Origin: Pseudogymnoascus verrucosus
Lineage: Eukaryota
DNA length: 64,000 nucleotides
NCBI GenBank assembly: GCA_001662655.1
Contig: KV460212.1
Strand: one strand, 5' to 3'
How positions within the stretch are numbered: the stretch's first letter is position 1; each line of letters opens with the position of its first letter. Below, in pieces: positions 23,094-35,246 of this stretch. Position numbers and translations under genes: made by a program. A model generated the notes under the pieces. The model did not search any database, was not told the DNA's origin, and saw nothing but the letters and a program-made list of their open reading frames with translations.

Positions 23094-23732
23094 ATGCCAT
23101 CCCACCACCTCATCCGCCGGGACTCCTGGCCACCCACTATCCTCCGCCTCGGCCACGACGGCATCTCCGATATCTCAGACACAGACGCAAACCCCTTTGC
23201 TTACTTCCTTGAGCCAGCCATCCCCGCCGACGATGATAACGACGATTACCTCGACCTCAGCGCCGGCATCGAGAGCGACGACGCCAAGATGCCGCAGGTG
23301 CGTGAGGTTAGCCCGAGTTCGCTCCAGCGTCTGCCTATTCTCTCGGACGAGGAGTTGGAGGCTGAGCAGGCGGAGCGGGACATGCATGACTGGCTTTCTG
23401 TGCCGCATCGCGTGAAGGAGCGGGTCAATAGCAGTGGCAAGGGCAGTAAAGTGGGGAGAACTGGAGCGGCGCGAGGGAGGGGGCTCGTGAGGAGTGGCCT
23501 GGTGCCGGGGCCTGTGAGGAGGTCGAGGAGTGCAGGGCCTAGGGGGAGGGCGTGGCGCGAGCCGAGCCCGGAGATTGGGGTTATTGAGGAGGAGGGGGAG
23601 GATGTTGAGATGGAGATGGGGATGGGGATTGGTGGCGAGCCAGGGCCGAGTGGTGCGGGGAAGAAGATGGAGGAGAGGGGGTGGGGTAAGATTAAGAAGA
23701 GGGTGCATTGGGCGATGCCGGTGGAGAAGTGA
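23094..23732 (+). CDS. Hypothetical protein, 212 aa, with a C-terminal KKRVHW (RVxF-like) motif
   Basis: ATG in ACCATG context at 23094. Motifs RRDSWPP, NPFAYFL, VREVSPSSLQR, WREPSPEI and KKRVHWA. Confidence 0.7.
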   Translation: MPSHHLIRRDSWPPTILRLGHDGISDISDTDANPFAYFLEPAIPADDDNDDYLDLSAGIESDDAKMPQVREVSPSSLQRLPILSDEELEAEQAERDMHDWLSVPHRVKERVNSSGKGSKVGRTGAARGRGLVRSGLVPGPVRRSRSAGPRGRAWREPSPEIGVIEEEGEDVEMEMGMGIGGEPGPSGAGKKMEERGWGKIKKRVHWAMPVEK

Positions 23733-24038
23733 GGGTATTTATGGATGGGTCTAGATGGTTGGAGAGAGCTGTATAACATTTTTTTGGCTGGGGACGTTGG
23801 CTACCGCGAGGGATGCTGCGTCTATTTGTCTGTCTATATTTATTTTCAGGTGGTAGTTTGCAGGACAAGGACACTGAAAATTCGGCTGATTGCTTTGCGT
23901 TGCATTTGTATTACAATATATCCAATATACCTGCAAAGGTGCAATAATAATACTATCTTATCGAACTTCGCTCCTGCTTTTATTCTGTAATGCGATATCG
24001 TTTCTGAGGAGCATATTCCGAGCTTATTCCCAGCTCTA

Positions 24039-24992
24039 TCAAAATACCCAAGAATCAACAGTCAAATTTGTCAACGCCCTCTCGCACTCTGACTCCTCTC
24101 GCTACCTATCAGCGCCCAGCTACAACAAAAATCCATGCCACCAAAACCCCTCCCTCAAATACCTCATCGCCGTCGTATATTCCCAAAACTCCGGATACGA
24201 CCCCGCTGCCTCCCAATCCAAGAATCCCGTGACATGCCCCTCCTCATCAACGAGGATATTATGGTGCTTCAGATCCCCATGCGTGAACTTCACCCCCGGT
24301 CTCTCCAACGTACGAAGCTTTCGCGCGCGCTGAAGGGACTCTTCGAAGTCTTATTGCGACTTGAAGCAGCTGGAGTTCCGCGCCGGCGCGAGGAGATAGT
24401 CGTGGAACTCATCGGACGTCTCATACGGGCCCACGATGTGGTTGGGCACGCGGATGCTGCGGATTGGACCACCTGTGATGGAGCAGATCCGCGCGTCGCC
24501 CCAAGGGCTTTTCCACTGGCGTATGGTGGCCAAGTAAGTCTTCAGCTCAGCGAGGGCGGTTGCTTTGGCATCAACGCTGAGGGATTCGTAGACTTGTCCT
24601 ATTTCCTTGCCCGGAAGCCGCGTCATCAGTATTGACACCGGAGCATGCGGAGTCTCTGGGTGATCTCCATAGCAGATGATTTTTGGAGTTGGGAGGCCGG
24701 CGGTGAAGCAGACTTGGGTGGCGAGGACTTCTTCAAGCCGCGTGCCATCCGACCATTTTAGGAGGAGGCCGAAGGGGAGGGGAGCGATTTGGTTGTCGAA
24801 GGGGAAGCCGGCCCAGCGGCAGTAGTGATATGAGAAAGTTTTGAGGTAGGCGTGGGTGTATCCTCAGAAGCGGCGGATGAGAGGGTGGCTGGGTTTGGGG
24901 GTCACGGGTATTTTGGTAGATAATGGCGTGGAAGTTCGAGGAGTCCAGATGAAGTCGGGTTGAAGAACTAGAGGAAGCCAAGAGGAATTCAT
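24039..24992 (-). pseudogene. Aminoglycoside-phosphotransferase (APH)/choline-kinase-like pseudogene
   Basis: One continuous 318-codon frame (MNSSWL..LPFGLLLKWSDGTRLEE..VSILMTRLPG..FTHGDLKHHNILVD..GFLDWEAAGSYPEFWEY..LTVDSWVF*). It is broken by four in-frame stops at 24864 (TGA), 24351 (TAA), 24120 (TAG) and about 24102 (TAG). Confidence 0.85.
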
Positions 24993-25172
24993 TTCGATAT
25001 ATAATGGTGTGTTGTGTGAACTACCGAGATGTGGTAGCACGCGTAAATCTTTGAGGTGGTTGATGTGAAGATTTGAAGATACAGACAGGCAGCAACATCG
25101 ATAATCACGCGTATCAAGCGACAGATAAATATACATGAACAACCCTTCGTACATCAAACAATTAACACCCTA

Positions 25173-26464
25173 CTATGTCTTCAAAAATGTCAGAGCAGCT
25201 AAGGCCAATGCATCCGATCCCGCATTCAAGGTAGGTTCGATAACTGGTGCAAACTTGGCGCTATGGTTATGTGGAAGGAGATTGACAGTGTCATTCTTCA
25301 CCGCATCATCCCACTTCTTCTCATCTGTTCCTCCAAAAAACCAGAATGCGTATGGGATATCATGTGGTGTAGCAAGATCCGAGAAATCCTCACTGCCACT
25401 AACCATCCCGGATGTACTTGGAATATCGCCAAAGACGGGTTTAAACGCATCATGGAGCTTGTCAACGATCTTTGGGTCGTTGACTGTAAGTGGGAATCGC
25501 GACGTAGGCTCGATATCAGGCGGCTGAGTGCAGCCCCCGGCGTCGCACTCGGCCTTGATAATCCGCTTCACCGCTTCAATGACTCTCTTCCGCACATTCT
25601 CACTTTGCGTCCTGATGTTCAGCTTTATCTCAACCTCGTCGGGAATAGCATTCTCTGATTCCCCCCCGTGGAAACTGCCGCATGTCACGACGACGGATTC
25701 AGAAGGCGAAACGACCCTGCTTACAACGGTCTGGAGGCGAACTACTATGGAGCTCGCGATGACGATTGGGTCGATGCAGTTTTCTGGTTGGCTTCCGTGT
25801 CCGCTCCTTCCGTGGATGGTGACCTTGAATGAATCTGCTGCGGATAGAGTGACGCCAGCACCAATAGACAACGTCCCGGTCTTCATGTGAGAAACGTGTT
25901 GTCCTGGCCATAGTTAGCACCGCAGCAAACCGAGTGGTGAAGGGGCTTACCTAAAACAACATCAGGCTTGGGAATTTTTTGGTATAGCCCATCGTCTACC
26001 ATTGCCTTCGCACCAGCTCCATTTTCTTCATTAGGTTGGAATACGCAAATCAGCGTACCTGACCATTCCGACTTCGCATCATTGAGCAATTTCGCAGCCG
26101 CGAGAAGGCAAGTAACATGCATATCATGACCGCATGCATGCATAGTCTTAGAGACAGTGCTTTTATAAGGTAGGTCCGTCTCCTCCTCGACCGCCAAAGC
26201 GTCCATATCAGCTCTTAGCAGCACGGTTGGTACATCGCCCCTGCGGAGCACGGCAGCTATTCCATGGCCGCCGATTTTCTCGTGGACGTCGAAGCCACTT
26301 TCTTTGAGGCGCTTGGCGATGATACCTGCTGTCCTTTCTTCTTTGGTTCCTAGTTCGGGGTGCTTGTGGAAATCTTTGTATATATCTTCGAACTCGGATA
26401 GGTCGGGCCGGTGCTTGTCGATTATTTCAACGATCTTCTCTGGTTGGGATTTTGTCGCGTGCAT
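25173..26464 (-). CDS. Peptidase M20D family amidohydrolase (hippurate hydrolase-like)
   Basis: HPEL, LRADMDAL, MHACGHDMH, FQPNEE, GRSGHGSQP, GSEDF and HNHS motifs. Intron 25904-25950 (GTAAGC..GCTAAC..CAG) joins DVVLG|QHVSHMK. Confidence 0.92.
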
Positions 26465-27029
26465 GGTTTATAAATATTAGTAAATATGAGACTGGCGTAA
26501 AGTTACTTCTTTAATAGAGTGAATGAAAAATAAAGAGAGTTACTTGTGGTTAATTGAGAATTACATATTTGTTTTGTTATTTTGTTGACTTGGTAAATCC
26601 ACCATGACGTCGTAAAAAATTATGACGTAAATAGCGATGTGATAAATATTTAGAACATATTTTGTTTTAAACTTTCCGGTGGGGAAGGGGACCGACCTGA
26701 ATACTAACCATAGAATACCACATCTATATAACAATACTAAAAGTCATCACAAATCACTAATGCACCTTATCTCGTCTTGGCCATACATATCCACGTCAAC
26801 CTAAAAGCTCTAGCAATAGTAGCCAATGGAGTCGGCTGAGTTTGACAAACACCTTTATCCGTGTTGCAGCCCCTCATCAGAGCCAATTCGGGGATGACAT
26901 TCTACCCCTCACTTGACTCTCAACAGCAGCGTATATATACTAGAGGAGAAAACCTACGGATAATTTTGTAGGTGCCCATCGGAACAGACAGCCATTTTTG
27001 AATTGGTCGTAAAAGAGAAATATTAGAAG

Positions 27030-29071
27030 ATGCTTTCCCAACAAGATAACCGCCTTGTATTCCACTACGACGCCGAAGAGCTATGGATAGAGCCATGGGG
27101 AGAAAACGCCCTCCGAGTGCGTGCAACCAAGCAACGCTCGATGCCAACTGAGGGCTGGGCATTGGACGTACCACCCATCTCACCAAAGGCAAAAATCACC
27201 GTCGACGAGACAGAAGCAACCATCACCAACGGCAAGATCAATGCCACCATCTCAAAGCGGGGTAAGCTTATTGTATACAACAGCAAAGGGGAAAAATTAC
27301 TAGAAGAATACGCACGGAATAGACTGGATGTGCGGGATCCCAAGTGCAGCGCCATCGAGGTGGAGGCGCGCGAATTTAAGCCGATTCCTGGCGGAGACTA
27401 CCATCTGACTATGCGCTTTGAGTCGGTCGATGTCAATGAGAAGATCTTTGGTATGGGACAGTACCAGCAGCCGCATTTGGATTTAAAGGGGCATGATCTG
27501 GAGCTTGCACATCGGAATTCTCAGGCTTCGGTGCCATTTGCTCTGTCTTCACTTGGATATGGTTTTCTCTGGAACAATCCAGGAATTGGCCGGGCGGTCT
27601 TGGGGAAAAATACGATGAGCTTTGAGGCTTATTCGACGTCGATTCTCGACTACTGGGTTTGTGCGGGAGATTCTCCGGCTGAAATTGTGGAAGCGTATAG
27701 TGGCGTTACTGGAACCGTACCAATGATGCCTGAGTATGGACTCGGCTTCTGGCAGTGCAAGCTTCGTTATCAGACGCAGGAGGAGTTGCTGGAAGTTGCG
27801 CGCGAGTACAAGCGCCGTGAGTTGCCTATCGATCTCATAGTCATTGATTTCTTCCACTGGGAATTACAGGGCGACTGGAAGTTTGACCCAACCTACTGGC
27901 CCGATCCAGGTGAGCAATTTTCATACGAAGACGACTTCGACAAGGTCAATTCTCACATACTACAGATGCAATGATAGCAGAATTAAAGTCTCTGAACATT
28001 GAGCTCATGGTTTCGATATGGCCTACCGTAGACAAGCGGGCTGATAACTACCCCGAGATGCTTGAGAATGGCTACCTCATCCGCGTTGACCGCGGTATGC
28101 GAACAGTTATGGAATTCCAAGGCAACACCGTACACTTCGATTCCACCAACCCGGGAGCGAGAAAGTACGTATGGGAGAAGGCGAAGACAAATTACTTTGA
28201 TAAGGGAATTAAAGTCTTTTGGCTTGATGAAGCGGAGCCAGAATACACCGCGTATGATTTCGATAACTACCGTTACCATGCCGGCTCAAACCTGGCAATC
28301 GGGAACATCTACCCTGTAGAGTATGCTCGCACATTCTATGAGGGTCAAACTGCCGCTGGGCAAGAAAATGTCGTCAACTTGCTTCGTTGCGCCTGGGCCG
28401 GCAGTCAGAAGTTCGGTGCCTTAGTTTGGAGTGGTGATATTGCTTCATCGTGGGGCTCGTTCAGGAACCAACTTACAGCTGGGCTACAAATGGGAATCGC
28501 AGGTATCCCCTGGTGGACGACTGACATCGGAGGTTTCCACGGTGGCGACCCCAACGACGAAGCATTCAGAGAGCTGTTCGTAAGATGGTTCCAATGGGGA
28601 ACTTTCTGCCCCGTCATGCGTCTGCATGGTGACCGCGAACCGCACAAGCCGCAGCATGGCACTACCGGAGGAGCCACCTGCACGTCAGGCGCCGACAACG
28701 AAGTGTGGTCTTACGGACCTGAGATTGAGATGATATGTAAGAAGTACATGCTTCTGCGCGAGGAAATGCGAGAGTATACCAGAGGGCTGATGCGCGAGGC
28801 GCACGAGATGGGGACGCCTGTGATTCGGACCTGCTTTTATGAGTATCCAGAGGACCCGAAATGCTGGGAAGTTGATGATCAATATATGTACGGAGACAAG
28901 TATCTATGTGCCCCAGTTCTGAAGGCTGGCTGTGTTTCTCGGGCGGTTTATTTTCCGAATGGCAAAAAGTGGAAGTTGCTGGATGGAGTATATGTGTATG
29001 AGGGCGGCCAGACACAGAACATAGACTGTCCACTTGATACAATGCCCGTGTTTATCAGACAGGATGAGTAA
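27030..29071 (+). CDS. Glycoside hydrolase family 31, XylS-type alpha-xylosidase/alpha-glucosidase, cytosolic
   Basis: GFWQCKLRY, IDLIVIDFFHW, nucleophile WLDEAEPE, acid/base WSGDI, WTTDIGGF and DQYMYG. Intron 27910-27965. No signal peptide. Confidence 0.92.
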
Positions 29072-29169
29072 GAACATATTTTAAAATGAAGACTGTTTTC
29101 TTGCTCGTTCACAGATATTACCACCGTGCACCATGAAAGCTAGAGACGTAGAGTGGTTCAATACTATAT

Positions 29170-29833
29170 TCAGCCCAACGCCTTTCCTACCAACTCCTTC
29201 GCTCTATCGCTCAATTCCATCTCCAAAGCCAACTTCTGCCCCCCTTCGCTCATCTTAGCCCAAGTCTTCTTCAAAATACTGATAATCTTCTCTTCGTCAT
29301 GCTCCTTCTCAAACTTCTCGAACTGATCGTCAAGGAAAACCAAGCAAGCGACGTCTTCTAGAATCTGCGACTCAACATTACTCTTCATATCCTCTTTGCG
29401 GATGAGTGCTGCCACAGCCTCCGCCTCATCGGCGCTGTAATTGCAGCGTGTGCAAATTTCGGATGCAAGGTCCGCTTGACGTTTCTTGAGAAATGTCCTC
29501 CACGCAAAATAGCCAACTCTAGTGGCGGGGTAAGTAGTGCGGGGCACCTCCCATCTGCGAAGATATTAGCTCCATTAGCTACCTCTCACCTGAAGTGAGT
29601 CTCTTCATATCTAGTAGATGCATTTCAACTCACCTGCGAAAGTGCTGTGCCCTGACGGCTGTTTTTAAGACAGGCGAGGCGTTTGGCTCGCGGAGCCCAA
29701 GGTAATGCGTTGACTTCTGCGCATAGTGGAGTTCATATGGGATTTCTTTCCCATTAATGGTCACAATGGTAGGGTCTTCGGAATGCGCTTCGTCAATGAG
29801 AGCTATAGCTGCTTCGAAATTTGCGGCCGCCAT
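29170..29833 (-). CDS. DUF4202-family (HD-like) protein
   Basis: IDEAHSEDP, PYELHYA, AVRAQHFRRWEVPR, QILEDVACLVFLDDQF and ILKKTWAKMS. Intron 29555-29633. Confidence 0.85.
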
Positions 29834-30069
29834 TTTAGAGATAACTAGCTCTTCTTCGAGTTTCTGTGATTTTGGTTGAATTCCGGCGAGATACGGCTTT
29901 TGTTAATCTGGAGCATGGTTATCTTCGATGCCGCTAGTGTTTGTTAGCGCCATATTGTGGCTTGCCCAGATATTATTGACCACCTTTATCTGCAGCCCAG
30001 CTATTTTCCTACTGGGAGCACATAATTCCCAGTTTCTAATTTTTGGGTATATATTCCATATGTTTATAC

Positions 30070-30224
30070 CGGGTAAAGCACACGGAGCTCCCCTCCCATT
30101 TCAGTCCACGGACAAGGTTCAGCGCGGCCGCATGCACAAGTGCGGCTGTATCCTTGCAAGGCAAACCATTTCGCTGTATCTTCGGGAGAAGATTCCGGCG
30201 GGGTGTCCCACATGGATCGCGGGG
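30070..30224. promoter_or_regulatory. Candidate Zn2Cys6 (CGG-N10-CGG x2) and CreA-type (SYGGRG) sites upstream of the GH13 gene
   Basis: CGG-N10-CGG at 30070-30085 and 30183-30198; GCGGGG at about 30198 and 30219. The motifs are short, so function is inferred only. Confidence 0.3.
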
Positions 30225-30286
30225 TAGGTAGGTAGCACTCGTTGCAGTGAGGCGTGTCAGCCCCATCGGGTGTTTCGATTATTTAA

Positions 30287-32322
<2,036 letters not shown>

Positions 32323-32588
32323 CTGTGTGGGAAAGGGAGAACAGAATAGGGGCGAGTTAAAATCTTTGATATAAAGCTGCCCGAAGAACTTAATCTGATA
32401 ATAGCAGCATTCATGCTTAATTTGCGCCACAGAATCTCATAACCAAATAGTGCGGCTAATACTGGCAGATAAGCTGATCTTTCTTCACTAAATCCAGTGG
32501 ATTGATATAAACCATCGTAAATACCCCCTTCCACCAAATACAATCAAAAGCATCAAATCAACATCTCTCTCCGCCTACAACCTCAACC

Positions 32589-34184
32589 TTACACCCTTTC
32601 CCCCTCTGCCACGCTCTTCTCATCTCCCTGTTGCGCATGCGCCACCGCTTTATCTACTGCCACCGTCTCATCCCCAAACGCTCCTGCAATACTCTCCAAA
32701 CTGAGCTGATTAGTCTCCGTTAAGAACACCCCATAAAATGCGCTCAACACCACTAGACACCCAATAAACACCGCATAGTACTTCCAGTGGATCGCATCAA
32801 AAGCAAACGGCGTAACCTGCCCCATCCAGATCGCGGTGATGTTCTGGCATAGCGCAGCAATTGAGGTGCCGTAACCGCGCAGATGCTGCGGGAATGTCTC
32901 GGCGGCAATAGTGTAGAGGGTGCTGTTGAAGAAGACGGCGTAGAGGGCTGAATAGAGGAAGATAAAGGCAACGCCTGCGCGGGCACCGGCCATATCTTTG
33001 CCATCGCCGTAGTAGCGGGAGAGAGCCATGAGAATTGAGAGCATAGCGGCGAGTATGAGGCAGCCGAGCCCTGTGAGAGGTTAGTGGAGACCTGGTATGC
33101 AAGGGTAAATGGGGGAGACATACACATAGTTCTCACACGGGGCCAACGGTCAGAAACGCCGTAGAAATTGATGATCTGGCCGACGATGCCCATGAAGCCG
33201 TAGCAGCCACTGATGAGAATGACCTGTCTGCCCTTGAAGCCGAGAGAGCCATAGAGGATGGACTGGTAGTTTTGGATTGCAAGACTTCCGGAGAGGATGC
33301 CCACCTGCATCACCATGATGGCCATGGCGGTGCGTCGGATGTTCTTGCGGTTGAAGATCTCGATCAGTGCATGTCCGACGGTGATGTTGGAGCGCTGAGC
33401 GCCTTCGAGCTGGATCTGCGCGCGGATCTCGACTTGCGAGCGCACGAAGAACTCTTCGTCTTCGTCTTCGTAGATGCGCTTGAGCGATGCATCGAACTCT
33501 TCGTAGCGCTCCTTTTGGGCCACTAGGGGGATGTTAGCTTGGATTTATGAGATGTGTGATACTGTACTTACGCCAACGAGGGGATTCAGGGAGAAACATC
33601 GATAGGGCCATGAGAAGTACCGCTGTAGGTATCTGCATTCCAAGCGCAAGACGCCAAGTCACGTCTCCAGACGCAAAGGAGCACGCATACCCAATCCAGT
33701 TTGCGAGGCAAAACCCGATGGCAATCATAAGTCCAAATATACCACACAGGCGAGCGCGCTCCTCTGGCCTAGCAAGCTCAGAGATGTAAATTGGCATCGT
33801 CGGGTTGAGAATCCCGAGTGCTACGCCAGCGACGAAGCGGCCGACTATCATCAGCGGCACGCCATTTGCGGCTGTCTGGAACGCGGAGCCCACGATAGTG
33901 AAGAAAGTTGAAACGAGAAGAGTCTTTCGGCGTCCCAATTTCTCAAGGAGAAGGCCATTTATCAGACAGCCTATCGCATTTCCAGCTGATCCCATAGACA
34001 CAATCGCGCCGGTGAGAGATGTGACATTTTTAGTTCCAGGCGGGAACATGTAGTTGCTGAAAGCATCTTGTGCGAGGGTAGTCGCGATGATACCCAGATC
34101 AATGCCAACAACTGCTCCTCCAAGGGAGATGGTAAAGATATAGGACAGGAGCCTCCAAGTGGCCTTCATCTTAACGGCGACCAT
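32589..34184 (-). CDS. MFS sugar porter
   Basis: LEKLGRR, IVGRFVAG, YISELA, LPESPRWL and AETFPQHLRG motifs with a 12-TM pattern. Introns 33523-33571 and 33071-33123. Confidence 0.92.
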
Positions 34185-35246
34185 TTTTGGAGTGTGGCAG
34201 CCGCGAGACTGACGGAAGCAGAGCTTGGTGGTGATGAGAATGAATGAATATCTCGCACCATGAAATGAACTGCAGGAAGCACCACAGCCTACTCATGTAT
34301 GACCACCAGCTAGTTAAGGATCGGCGAGGGAATGCCTTCTGACCTTTATAACAAAGCACGAAGCCGAACTTGATTCGCTCTCATTAGCTGTAACGGCATT
34401 AGATGAACCGAAGCCGACACCCTAACTGCCATCTTGGCGTATAGTTGGACCGAGATGTTGGATGGAACGTTCCCTCGGTACTTTTTTTTTAATACGGTAT
34501 TACTAGAGTACAAGGCGGCGACGGCCGAGGTGAGAATGGGTCAGGTGTGTTCCTTTGAGTTTCCGTTATTTGTGATTTGTCACTTTGATATATTACTCTC
34601 ACTATGATAATCATTAAATACCATTCTTTTCTATATGTGTACTTATTATTTTTATTGATTCCCCAAGGTTATAAGTTACTTGCCGCCCAGCTCCAATCTT
34701 GAATTGCGGGGAAAGGCCCGACCTTTGTGACAGCGGCACTGTGGGGTTGCTAGTGTGCAAGTAAGCTCCAAGTGCCCACGCCCAAGCGCCACCTGAGACC
34801 GAGACTCAATGCGGGGAACCTGGGCACGACTACAAGTAGCACTTACACCAACGCGGCTTCTCGCACGTGCATGTTTACATCTATGACGGACATGGAAGGT
34901 CGAATTCTTCAACTTGACGCCTGCAGGGACATGCTTGCGATTTATCTTGGCTTCATGGCGTACTCATCTGCTGTATAGATATGCTTCGTGGTGTCTACGT
35001 AAGACCTACAGATATTCGGACCCAGTTATAGCGAGGGAAGCAACTTATTCAAGGGCAAGTGCTTATGCTTATGTGAGTTGTAAGAGATGGATATAGAATG
35101 GTAAGACAATGTAAGTACGACGCTCCTTCTCCTCTTCTTTTTCCTTTCTCAAAATCTTCACTGTATCAAGTGAACCTCTTGTGTTCTCTCCCTGAAGTTG
35201 TCTACTTCTCTCATTGCATCAAAGCGAACCAAGGCGCATCAAAACT

